Origin: a virus
Taxonomy: Duplodnaviria > Caudoviricetes
Length of the DNA: 64,000 bases
Strand: one strand, 5' to 3'
Virus record (IMG/VR): IMGVR_UViG_3300031555_003117
Span: 10,140 to 74,139 of that record
This document shows, piece by piece, positions 1-9,218 of this stretch. Numbering within the stretch: position 1 is the first letter of the stretch; each line of letters starts with the position of its first letter. The translations under genes were made by a program, and so were the position numbers. A model generated the notes under the pieces. It did no database searches, had not been told where the DNA came from, and saw only the letters and a list, made by a program, of their open reading frames with translations.

Positions 1-1183
1 TTAGTGTACATGGAAATTTCTTTTTGCGCTGACTAAGTTCATAAGCAAATAACTTCGCAAATCTAGCATCCATAGCTCGAAGCGTATGGTAACTGTTACA
101 CCTTCTGGCATGTGCACGCCAAGATTGATAGAACTGAAATGCATCTTCTGGGAGCATCCTCCCTGTATCAACCCACGTTCTAAAAATGTCAAGCTTCCTG
201 CGGATTGAACGAATGCTCACTCTGCCAAGTTTATTTGTAACTTTGCCGTTGTCGTTTAGCGAAAACCGCATTTTAAGAAATGTAAAACTGTGATGTTTAA
301 AAGGTGTAATTACATTCTTTTTGTCACTCATTTGGATGCCAAGCTCATCGGCAATTCTATAAAGACTTTTCTTTATGTCTTCCAGTTCATTCAGATCATG
401 ACTGATAATATATCCGTCATCCATATATCTTCCGTAACCTTTTATTCTGCGCACATCCTTTATATAGTGATCTATCGGATTGGCATAGTCCAAAGCTATA
501 ATTTGTGATATTTCACTACCAAGACCAACACCACGCATACAATCAGAATCCGCATCAAATCCCTGCATTAGTTTAAAATCATCAATATATTCACAAAGCA
601 GTTCATATATACGGTCATCCTTTATTTTCTGACGTGCACGTTTCTTTATTTCATCATGCGGGAGGCTTCTGAAATAACCTTTGAAATCAAACTGGTATAT
701 TCCGCCTTCTGTACCATACACTCTGAAATGATGCTGCAAGTGCCCTCTGAGTCGTTTAATTGCAAAATCCATCCCTTTGTTTTCGAGACTTGCGGCGTTG
801 TCGTATATAAAACTGCGTGAATATGCTTTGGTAAGCAAGTTGCTGCAAAGACACTTTTGTGCAGTTCTTTCTGCAATTGGAAGAGCGTCTATTTGCCTTG
901 CTTTACCATGTTCTATTGTTACAAAGCTATGGAATCCCTTAAAATTCCGCGTATGGTTAAATAGGTCTTTTTGAATCTTATTGCACTCAGATAGTAAGTT
1001 GTTCTCAAAGTTGATCGTGGATGTTTTCCACCGAACACCATCACAACATTTCTTGCCAGCCTTACATAAATTACCGAAGGAGAATACTTCTTCAAAAGTC
1101 TTTCCACCTGCAGCCTGTGCTTTGGCTTCTCTGCGTGCCTTTCTTCTTTGGTATCGAGCCTCATGTCTCTCTACACTGTTCAT
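1..1183 (-). CDS. DGR reverse transcriptase, 3' end truncated by the window edge (at least 394 aa)
   Basis: Manual translation from ATG at 1183: MNSVERHEARYQRRKARR...IYQFDFKGYF...GVGLGSEISQIIAL...GYGRYMDDGYII. YMDD is at 416-427. The frame has no stop before base 1, so it is absent from the ORF track. Lies directly downstream of Avd and TR. Confidence 0.95.
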   Translation of the reverse strand, partial: MNSVERHEARYQRRKARREAKAQAAGGKTFEEVFSFGNLCKAGKKCCDGVRWKTSTINFENNLLSECNKIQKDLFNHTRNFKGFHSFVTIEHGKARQIDALPIAERTAQKCLCSNLLTKAYSRSFIYDNAASLENKGMDFAIKRLRGHLQHHFRVYGTEGGIYQFDFKGYFRSLPHDEIKKRARQKIKDDRIYELLCEYIDDFKLMQGFDADSDCMRGVGLGSEISQIIALDYANPIDHYIKDVRRIKGYGRYMDDGYIISHDLNELEDIKKSLYRIADELGIQMSDKKNVITPFKHHSFTFLKMRFSLNDNGKVTNKLGRVSIRSIRRKLDIFRTWVDTGRMLPEDAFQFYQSWRAHARRCNSYHTLRAMDARFAKLFAYELSQRKKKFPCTL

Positions 1184-1495
1184 AATCGCAAATTGGATGC
1201 TTGTTATATGTACAACGAACAGAACAGATGAAGTATGCAGGCCGCATCAATTCCTGCGCCTTTTTATCCACTCTGTAATGGTTTTACCTAGCTGCGTGAT
1301 GATCTACCCATGAAATCGCGATAACTCCATTAAACCTCGCAACCATGCAAAAAGCGTCCGGGCATTCATATCATATAACGACTTTAGGAATGAAATCCTT
1401 TACAGGATCAGGCTCCAAGGAACGAAATCTCCTTTAAGGGTGGGATAATGCTTCGCATAATATTATGCTACTTGTTCGTATCCCCGAATCTCAGT

Positions 1496-1622
1496 CTTAA
1501 ATCACGGCGCAAACCCATTCGAATTGTAGGCGTTGTTATTGTTCGCACTACCATCGGTATTCACATTGCAGAAGTTGTTGCTGTTGTCCGAATTCACCGA
1601 ACGCAACCACCAATTGCAGGCA
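1496..1622 (-). repeat. DGR template repeat (TR)
   Basis: 127-bp copy of 2213-2339, rich in AAC/AAT codons. Of 13 mismatches to the VR, 12 are at TR adenines. Confidence 0.95.
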
Positions 1623-1650
1623 AGGCCGTCAGATTTCGTCCTGCGTTCTC

Positions 1651-2118
1651 TCACGCCGTCATGCTCATCCTTTCTTTTAATATTTTTTCATATCGTTGTT
1701 TGTCACTTGAAATTAAACCGCGTATTTTGGCATACGCATCATCTGCAAGCTGAATCCATGCTTGAAATACCCTGTCATAATCAGCACGGTTTTTGAAATA
1801 ATTATTTCCGTCGTTCACAAGTTCATATAAGAATGTAATTTCGCTTCTCAATGCTCTTGTTGCACACTTCGCTTCAAGCAAAAGATTATGCCTTGTCAAA
1901 TAATCATTTTCACTCAAAGTCTTGCAAATGAATATATCATTGGCTTTTTCGCAATTTACTACAATTTCCCGAACAAGCTCTAGCAGGCCATTTGTAATCT
2001 CCCACCGATAGCTTTTCGGAAATTTGCGTACAATACGCATTGTTTCTTTGCGCAATTCCTTAGTAATCTGTAGAAATTCGGCTGATGCCGGTGCTCTTGC
2101 AGATTTGTATACTGACAT
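1651..2118 (-). CDS. avd: DGR accessory variability determinant (Avd-like four-helix protein, 155 aa)
   Basis: MSVYKS...RIVRKFPKSYRWEIT...; RBS GAAAGGA upstream; sits between VR and TR. It is the C-terminal half of track ORF 1651..2586. Confidence 0.85.
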   Translation of the reverse strand: MSVYKSARAPASAEFLQITKELRKETMRIVRKFPKSYRWEITNGLLELVREIVVNCEKANDIFICKTLSENDYLTRHNLLLEAKCATRALRSEITFLYELVNDGNNYFKNRADYDRVFQAWIQLADDAYAKIRGLISSDKQRYEKILKERMSMTA

Positions 2119-2146
2119 AGTTCCATCCTTTCTTTTGTGCCGCAGA

Positions 2147-2188
2147 TCCCCCAAAGCGCTTTCAGCTTTCGCTTCTGCGCTTATGGGA
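2147..2188 (-). promoter_or_regulatory. Hairpin just downstream of the VR (candidate DGR target-recognition cruciform)
   Basis: TCCCA-TAAGCGC...GCGCTT-TGGGGGA stem enclosing AGC-GAAA-GCT, about 15 nt after the target stop codon. Confidence 0.55.
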
Positions 2189-2203
2189 AGATTTGATTCA
2201 AGA

Positions 2204-4501
2204 TTAGGCCACCTTAAAGCACGGCGCAAACCCATACGAATAGTAGGCGTTGTTAGTGTTCGCACTACCACCGGTATACACACTGCAGAAGGTGTAGCTG
2301 TAGACCAAATACACCGAACGCAACCACCAATTGCAGGCAGTTGATGTGCCGTTACTCTTGTATTTAATTTTTGAGTTGCCATTTGCATAATAGGCGTATT
2401 GTTTCTGATAGTTCTGCTCGGCGGAGTTTGCATAACTTCGTGTGCCTTGCACCTCAAATTCAGCGGGCAACCAGATCTTCGAAGAGGAGGATGTAACGTA
2501 GCTCGCAGTATTAGAACCGCCGCCAGTGTTATCGCTGTATTTCGTACATGCAGAAATTGCACTCTGCAATGCGGAAGGCAATGCACTTAGGAAAGCGGGG
2601 CAAATTGTCTTGTTCATGTAGCTGCCGCTCCATCCGCCAGAGTTGGTATTGGTAGTATTCATGCGGAATGCTGCCGTTGAACCACTTGAGCCATAGCTGC
2701 TGTCGCAGAACGCAATGTCTACGCCGCCAGATGCAGCCGTTTTACCCATCATAAAGTGAATGCCATTGCCCTCAACGGAGGAGTTGTGGTTGAATCCAAG
2801 AATATAGGCGTAATACGTACCGCTCAGAGATGCCGCACCAACCGTGCCGCTCACTGCCACAGATTTGCGGTCGCCAACACTCCAATAGTTCGCACCCGTA
2901 CCCGCAGCGCCAACAGACTTGATTACACTCCAATCATTGTTTTCAAGTGTAGTGCTAATGGTAGATACTGATACACTAATTGTACAGGTGTCACCCGTGT
3001 AATTATCGCCTTCCGCCAATGTAATTGTAATTGTGGCAGAACCATCGGCAACCGATTTCACTGTAACAGTTGTACCGGAAATAGTAGCCGTTGCAACACC
3101 CGTTTTGTTGGAGGCTACACTCACCGCGCCGTCTCCAGTCTTTGTTATCGTTGCAGACTTTGTAGATCCTGCCGCGCCAGAAATAGTCAGTGAAGTGGGG
3201 GATACCGTAATAGAACCAGTTGCTTTCGCTATGCTCCAAGAAAGAGCAATATCTGCCGTACCGCCGCCCGTCCACTGCGTACTTGTTTTGTCTTTTAGAG
3301 AAATGGTCACAGTGTAATCACCAGCGCCAGATGCGGATGTGTCGCCACTCTGGGTTTGGTATGTTGCATTATAGTTGCTGATCGTGGGCGTCTTTGTATT
3401 ACCGTCGTAGGTAAATGCACTTGTAGTGGTCGGCTTCGTCAAAGACAGTTTGCCAATTGACCAGCTCAAAGACAGGGTAGTAGTAGTATTGTCACTCCAT
3501 TGCGTATTATCGGGATCTGCAAGCGCAACAGTTACGATGTAACTACCAGCAGCCTTGCCCTCCGTATCACCGCCAAGGGTATGATAAGTTGAATTGTAGT
3601 CTTTTAAGCTAACAGCTTGCGTATTGTTGTTGAACGTGTACGTGCCGCTTACAGTGGGCTTTACAAGCGACATCTTTGCAATTGACCAATCAAGAGAAAG
3701 TGCGTCATTTGTGCCATCGCTCCACTGTGTATTATCAGGGTCGTTTAAGACAATAACCAGTGTATAATTGCCTGCATCAGTTGCAGAAATATCGCCACTC
3801 TTCGCGGTGCGGTTCGTATCAATGTTTTGAACAGTTACACTTTGTACCTCGCCATTATAAGTGTATGTGCCAGAAAGAGAGGGTATAGCGATGTTCATTT
3901 TCTCAATTGTCCATTGGAGCTGAATTGCATCGCTTGTATCATCATTCCACTCGGTATTAAGCGGGTCACTTAGGGATACTGTCAGTGTATATGTGCCAGC
4001 ATCTGATGCGGATTCGTCACCGCTTTTGCTCATCTTGCCCGCATCAAAACCATCAAGCGCGACCGTCTGCGTATTGCCAGTATAAGTGTAACTTCCTGTA
4101 ATAGTGGGCTTATCAATTGCAATTCTTTCAATTGTCCACTCAGCAGTTGCAACTCCGCCATATTCCATAATTCCAAGAATAGAGAGAGTGTGTGTGCCTG
4201 CATTGACGGCAGTATTATTTGTAATAATATAATCTGTGCCTTCAACCAGCGTTACACCGTCAAGGACAACAGATTCAACTTTCTGTTCTTTCTCGGTTCC
4301 ATCATATAAAAAAGCTGCGGTCTCCAATGTAACCACAGCATCCTCGATTGATTTTCCAGCCCCCGCAGAAATTCCTCTGATTAGTGGGGCAAGATCATCG
4401 CTATTCGCATCGGTCGGCACTTCAACACCCTTATTTGCAATTTCTTCAAGCGCGGAAGTTACATTGCCTGCAATGCGCGTGATTTCAGATTGAATACTCA
4501 T
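2204..4501 (-). CDS. DGR target: receptor-binding/tail-associated protein with Ig-like repeats and a C-terminal C-type-lectin-fold variable domain
   Basis: Several ~75-aa repeats (kPt.sgtYTYnG..Qtv...D.tatdAGtYtl.v.L.Dp.nt.WsD) followed by the WWLRS...GFAPCF VR. Confidence 0.85.
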   Translation of the reverse strand: MSIQSEITRIAGNVTSALEEIANKGVEVPTDANSDDLAPLIRGISAGAGKSIEDAVVTLETAAFLYDGTEKEQKVESVVLDGVTLVEGTDYIITNNTAVNAGTHTLSILGIMEYGGVATAEWTIERIAIDKPTITGSYTYTGNTQTVALDGFDAGKMSKSGDESASDAGTYTLTVSLSDPLNTEWNDDTSDAIQLQWTIEKMNIAIPSLSGTYTYNGEVQSVTVQNIDTNRTAKSGDISATDAGNYTLVIVLNDPDNTQWSDGTNDALSLDWSIAKMSLVKPTVSGTYTFNNNTQAVSLKDYNSTYHTLGGDTEGKAAGSYIVTVALADPDNTQWSDNTTTTLSLSWSIGKLSLTKPTTTSAFTYDGNTKTPTISNYNATYQTQSGDTSASGAGDYTVTISLKDKTSTQWTGGGTADIALSWSIAKATGSITVSPTSLTISGAAGSTKSATITKTGDGAVSVASNKTGVATATISGTTVTVKSVADGSATITITLAEGDNYTGDTCTISVSVSTISTTLENNDWSVIKSVGAAGTGANYWSVGDRKSVAVSGTVGAASLSGTYYAYILGFNHNSSVEGNGIHFMMGKTAASGGVDIAFCDSSYGSSGSTAAFRMNTTNTNSGGWSGSYMNKTICPAFLSALPSALQSAISACTKYSDNTGGGSNTASYVTSSSSKIWLPAEFEVQGTRSYANSAEQNYQKQYAYYANGNSKIKYKSNGTSTACNWWLRSVYLVYSYTFCSVYTGGSANTNNAYYSYGFAPCFKVA
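2213..2339 (-). repeat. DGR variable repeat (VR)
   Basis: Encodes ACNWWLRSVYLVYSYTFCSVYTGGSANTNNAYYSYGFAPCFK and aligns to the TR without gaps. Confidence 0.95.
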
Positions 4502-4549
4502 CTATTTCCTCCTGTGACATACCAATACTTTAATTGATATGTTGTATAG

Positions 4550-6763
4550 TTAAATTGCTGCAAGTTGTGCAGCCAATCCTTGTATTGCTGCAAGATCAGC
4601 GTAAAAAGTCGATTCCGTATCAGTATATCCGCCAGCTTGAGCTGCCGCATAAGCGCTTTGACCGCTTTCGCCAGTATCGCCCTTCATATTTTTAAATTCA
4701 AAATGAAAGGTTCGTGCAGTATCTGTTCCGCCAAGGCTTACTTCTACTTCGGGCACACCGATGTCATTATTTACATTGGCAGTTGCGTTGATAATAGTTG
4801 CATTCTCGCCATTCATAACATCAATAACTTCTTCGCCATCAATATCAGTAATGGTAAGCCTGTGCCCATCTTCAATATCCGTCGATGTAATAGTGGGTGA
4901 GAACGCGGTTTTGCCAACTTCGTCAATGATATTGCGCACACTGGCGTCAAAGTTGTTTACTTGCGAAACTGCAATTGATGCATCATCGGCAAGGCTAGAA
5001 GCGACATCGGCGCAATCTGCACGGTTTACAACGCCGTCTTTATTATCGTCGTATGTAGCTGCCAACATATCACCAGATCCATCACCGTCTGCGCCATCAT
5101 TAATCGTGGCAGTATGCGTTCCATTCACATCTACGATAGTGACCGTTGTTACTTTGCCCGCTTTCGACACGCTAATTATGGGCGATATGCCATCCGCACC
5201 ATCAAGAATATCTGTTGATTGTGTGCCATTTGCATCTGTAACAGATAAACGATGTCCATCTGTAATCGCTTCGATATTTACGATGGGGGAAACCCCATCT
5301 TCGCCTTTTGAGCCGTTCTGTACTGTAAAATCACTTGTACTACCATCGCTTAGAGTGACAGTCAATACATTATCCCCATCATTTGCGTCTGATTGAAATG
5401 TCTGCTTAACGCTTGTTATACTTATACCGTCTGTGCCGTTAAGGGAGTCCAACCATTCTTCTTCGCTGCCCTCAAATCCATGCTGAGTGGCAATTTCAAA
5501 AGCAGAATCACCTGTATCGCCTTTGTGCCCGTGGATATTTACGGTAGCCGGATTGTCCAATCCCTTATCATTTGTCCAGCTCAAATCGCCTTCGTCAGTT
5601 AGCGACGGCGTAAAAGTAGCACCATTATCGCCAGTGTCGCCCTTAAGATCAACTGTACTTGTTCCGCTTGCAGACGTAAGCGTTAGCTCTGTTCCACTAA
5701 AACTGTGTTCAACAGAAACGCCATTATCGCCAGTGTCGCCCTTTTTACCATCCAATATTTCAAAGGTACTGCTGTCATTTTCGTTTACAACGGTTACTTT
5801 GTGCCCTCCGGAAATAGTCTCAACATTAATTGACGGAGAATAACCAGTATCGCCTTTATCGCCTTTCTCTCCGTGTCTGGCAGTAGCTGTGGTCGTTCCG
5901 TTTTCGTCTGTAATGGTGATAACTGCGCCATCTTCTGTCTCTTCAACATTGGCAGATGGGCTGTATCCATCCATAACATCAAATGTGATTAAGTAATCAC
6001 CATTTTGAATCGTAACACTATGACCACCTTCTATATCTGCGCTGGAAATTGTAGCACGCGGAAGAACAAGCGTCTTATTGGCGATAGTGGGCATTTCATT
6101 ATTGCTTGCAGTGAAGCTTACGATCACCCTGTCTCCATCCTGTGTAAATACCGGTTTGTAATAACCACCATCTTCGCCATTCAGGATTGTAGTCGTAGTT
6201 GTACCGGTTTTATCTGTCACAGTTAATATTGCGCCATCGGACGTCTGTCTTGTCGCAGCAGAAGGTGAATAGTTTGTCAATGTACCATTTGCAATGTATT
6301 TTTCAAATTCACTTTGAACAGTTTCTTCAACAAGTTCGACAGTGGTTCCACTGTGCTCAATCTCGTACATCTTCTGATTGGCTTCGTTAACCATCTCTAC
6401 CAACTGAGCATATAACGAATTTGACACTTCTGTACTATCTGCATTTGCAAGCAGCATGTTTTCATCAATCGTTAATTCAAGATGGTTGCTTGTACCAATA
6501 ACTGCGTTGTTATTTGAACCGAACAACATAAGTAGACACTTACCAGCCTTAATCTCCGCTGGCATATATGCCGCATAGTTTCCGTCAAGATACTGATTGT
6601 AGGCAATATCTCCCTGCCTGAATTGGGCAAATGTAGTCAATTCTTTCCATTCGTTCGGCAGATCAAATATAAACCTTACAAAACGCTGCGTTCCGGCGAC
6701 ATACCTTTTTAAGTTTGTCGTTATCTTCAACTTCTGATTAACGACAGTAACAAGTATATCCAT
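4550..6763 (-). CDS. Baseplate/tail fibre protein with BppU-like N-terminus and collagen-like segments
   Basis: N-terminal AGTQRFVRFIFDLP..W; repeated KGDKGDTG/KGDTGD triplets; located after the lysis genes in the tail module. Confidence 0.65.
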   Translation of the reverse strand: MDILVTVVNQKLKITTNLKRYVAGTQRFVRFIFDLPNEWKELTTFAQFRQGDIAYNQYLDGNYAAYMPAEIKAGKCLLMLFGSNNNAVIGTSNHLELTIDENMLLANADSTEVSNSLYAQLVEMVNEANQKMYEIEHSGTTVELVEETVQSEFEKYIANGTLTNYSPSAATRQTSDGAILTVTDKTGTTTTTILNGEDGGYYKPVFTQDGDRVIVSFTASNNEMPTIANKTLVLPRATISSADIEGGHSVTIQNGDYLITFDVMDGYSPSANVEETEDGAVITITDENGTTTATARHGEKGDKGDTGYSPSINVETISGGHKVTVVNENDSSTFEILDGKKGDTGDNGVSVEHSFSGTELTLTSASGTSTVDLKGDTGDNGATFTPSLTDEGDLSWTNDKGLDNPATVNIHGHKGDTGDSAFEIATQHGFEGSEEEWLDSLNGTDGISITSVKQTFQSDANDGDNVLTVTLSDGSTSDFTVQNGSKGEDGVSPIVNIEAITDGHRLSVTDANGTQSTDILDGADGISPIISVSKAGKVTTVTIVDVNGTHTATINDGADGDGSGDMLAATYDDNKDGVVNRADCADVASSLADDASIAVSQVNNFDASVRNIIDEVGKTAFSPTITSTDIEDGHRLTITDIDGEEVIDVMNGENATIINATANVNNDIGVPEVEVSLGGTDTARTFHFEFKNMKGDTGESGQSAYAAAQAGGYTDTESTFYADLAAIQGLAAQLAAI

Positions 6764-6880
6764 ATAATCCTCCGAACTGCATATAATAGCGTACTATATA
6801 TAGATATTTCGGATTGCAAAATATACTATATATAGTGAGTTTATGCAAATAAAAAGCTGATTTTATTCTTAATATCAATG

Positions 6881-7348
6881 TCAGCCCTCAAGATCGCCAA
6901 CGATTGGAAGACGCCTTACGCGCTCTACAAGCGTTTTAACATATCCATTGCCATGAAAAATCTCAGTATACTCTTGATACATTTCTTCAAGCGATCTCAG
7001 CTTTCCAGCGGAGATTTCGTTCAAGCTTAATGCATCATCGCATGTGTGAACAATTTGATATCGTATCTGTTTAAGATTTACTTCTCTTTGTTCTTCCAAG
7101 GAATATTTGATTTCTCGCAATGAATCCTTGATCTCTTTTAGGGTATCATCATGTTTATTAAGGAGTGTTCGTTGCTTTTCATTTTCATCCTTAATTTTGT
7201 TGTACTTGGTAAATAGTTTATAGAGCTTAATGGCAGCAGTGCAAAGTGCGGCAATTATAGCGCAGATTACAACAATCCACGCTACAATCGTACCAACCGG
7301 AATACCCGCCAATAGCTCCCATATTGATTTTGTGTCCATTACAGGCAC
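6881..7348 (-). CDS. Holin-like membrane protein
   Basis: One N-terminal hydrophobic helix followed by a coiled coil; adjacent to the endolysin. Confidence 0.5.
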   Translation of the reverse strand: MPVMDTKSIWELLAGIPVGTIVAWIVVICAIIAALCTAAIKLYKLFTKYNKIKDENEKQRTLLNKHDDTLKEIKDSLREIKYSLEEQREVNLKQIRYQIVHTCDDALSLNEISAGKLRSLEEMYQEYTEIFHGNGYVKTLVERVRRLPIVGDLEG

Positions 7349-7360
7349 CTCACGTTATTG

Positions 7361-8374
7361 TTATTTCTTATCAAGGTATACCGAAGAACAGTATCCTGCC
7401 ATACCGTTGTAAGTGACCTGCAGCCACTTTGTACCATTAACAACCTGGTATTTCCCAGTGCAGACAACTGTTTTCCCCTTTGGAATAACTGTAAGCACCT
7501 TATTATCTGTACCAGCACCGTATCTCATATTTAGCTTTCCAGTAGTAACATACGCTCCAGAAATCAAACTGGTATTCTCAACAAAACTATAATAGGCTTC
7601 ATTACGATTGCTGGTATAAGCATAACCCTTATCGCAACTGGGGTAAGCGATCTTCAACCATCCATTATTGTTTTTCTCTAGGACTTCAACCTGCGTTCCC
7701 TTTTTAATTACTCCATATGAAGAATATGAAGTGCCAGCACCACTGCGAATATTCATGGCCTGTTTTGCCGTCGCAGTACCAATACCCTTCCCAACATATG
7801 ATGTATTTTTTGAATTGGTTGTAGTACCTACCGCCTCTTCTTCCGCATCGTCTCCGTTATCTAGAACGATGGCTGTATGCCCTTTTACGGAAGTACATAA
7901 GATGTCTCCGCGTAGCAACAGCTTGTCAGAATGAATATACTTGGATGCAGTGTACACTTTGAATAGCCCAGTCTTTTTTAATGCTGTAGCTTCGCTTGCG
8001 GTGTAGAAGTCAGGAACCTTAATGCCGTTGCCGACTTTTACACAAGCATACTGTACACAAACACGAACCAAACGAGCGCAGTCAGTTTCTGTCGGATCAT
8101 CAGCCTTGGATGGATCAAATCCATTATCCTTCACATCATCCCACAGATCTTGATTCTGTAGCTGGTCGTATCCAATATTGTCATTTTTTGCAGCCTTTTC
8201 GCCTGCTTCTGCAATATAAGGGCGCATTTTAGGATCAGTACAGCGAATCAAAACCCAGTCTTTAGAATGATCGTACCAGTTACGAATGCAAACTTCTTTG
8301 CCAGTCTGATCGCCAGCCGTACCTCGAATCGTGCCATTTTCAGATATAGAAGCATGTGCTAATCTTACGCTCAT
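7361..8374 (-). CDS. Endolysin: NlpC/P60/CHAP-like catalytic domain plus two SH3b domains
   Basis: TETDCARLV catalytic-Cys-like motif and GHTAIV; two MNIRSGAGT/LNMRYGAGT SH3b repeats. Start chosen at MSVRL (8374). Confidence 0.8.
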   Translation of the reverse strand: MSVRLAHASISENGTIRGTAGDQTGKEVCIRNWYDHSKDWVLIRCTDPKMRPYIAEAGEKAAKNDNIGYDQLQNQDLWDDVKDNGFDPSKADDPTETDCARLVRVCVQYACVKVGNGIKVPDFYTASEATALKKTGLFKVYTASKYIHSDKLLLRGDILCTSVKGHTAIVLDNGDDAEEEAVGTTTNSKNTSYVGKGIGTATAKQAMNIRSGAGTSYSSYGVIKKGTQVEVLEKNNNGWLKIAYPSCDKGYAYTSNRNEAYYSFVENTSLISGAYVTTGKLNMRYGAGTDNKVLTVIPKGKTVVCTGKYQVVNGTKWLQVTYNGMAGYCSSVYLDKK

Positions 8375-8416
8375 GTTACTATCCCTCCAATACATAAGTA
8401 ATAAAGTGCAGATACA

Positions 8417-8818
8417 TTATGCTGCATCTGCACTCTCAGTCTTGTTTCCCGCAATAATCTCACGAAGAGTATTAAGGGAATTATCAATTTCTTTGTCAAT
8501 CCATTGAATGATTTCTTCCTGATTGGCTATCTTTTTCAGAATGGGATATTCTGCATATACCCTTGCAATTACCTGTGAGCGCTTAATGCTCCCAGCTTTA
8601 TTCCATTCCTCAAAATCCATTTCAGCATCAGTAATCAGTTTAAGAATGCTTTCACGAATATACGATTTTGCAATTTCAACCTTTTCTTCATTGCTCTTGA
8701 CAACGTAACTTTTTACTTTTTTGACCAGCCCAATAATAAGGCCGATTGTCACCATAATCGCAGTCCAGTTGTTGCTGATAAATTCCAGAAATCTGTTTAA
8801 TCCATTTAGAAAATTCAT
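8417..8818 (-). CDS. Holin-like protein
   Basis: N-terminal TM segment and KRSQVIARVY motif; directly upstream of the endolysin. Start chosen at MNFLNG. Confidence 0.5.
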   Translation of the reverse strand: MNFLNGLNRFLEFISNNWTAIMVTIGLIIGLVKKVKSYVVKSNEEKVEIAKSYIRESILKLITDAEMDFEEWNKAGSIKRSQVIARVYAEYPILKKIANQEEIIQWIDKEIDNSLNTLREIIAGNKTESADAA

Positions 8819-8831
8819 GCCGCTTCCTCCA

Positions 8832-9197
8832 TTATTCAAATGCCACAAAACCATCAAGATTCATAATGTCAATAGGCGTCAACTTCTGATTCTCCATTGC
8901 GTCAAGCGAAATGGTAATGGGTTTGAATTCAATTTCAGGTTCAAAATCTCCAAGCTCTTCTAACTCGCCTCTGAATCCAATAAGTCCTTCTCGATCTTTA
9001 AAACGAATTGCACCATCATCACCAATCGTGCCACCGTATTTTTCCATTAGCTTGCGCTCCTGTTCGGCTTCAAACTTATAGGATGGTTCAAGTTGCTTCA
9101 TCAATAGATATACATTATGTGAATCTCGGATAGGGAGAGGCATATTTGCAATGCGGTTCAAAGCATTGTATGCCTTGTTAATCTGATTCTGTTTCAT
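8832..9197 (-). CDS. Hypothetical tail-associated protein
   Basis: 121-aa ORF with RBS (AGAAGGAG) between the tail hub and lysis genes. Confidence 0.5.
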   Translation of the reverse strand: MKQNQINKAYNALNRIANMPLPIRDSHNVYLLMKQLEPSYKFEAEQERKLMEKYGGTIGDDGAIRFKDREGLIGFRGELEELGDFEPEIEFKPITISLDAMENQKLTPIDIMNLDGFVAFE

Positions 9198-9218
9198 GTT
9201 TTTCTCCTTCTTTATGTG

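Noticed and set aside
2119-2586. N-terminal half of track ORF 1651..2586
   Set aside because: It overlaps the DGR target in another frame on the same strand. The real gene is Avd, starting at 2118 with its own RBS.
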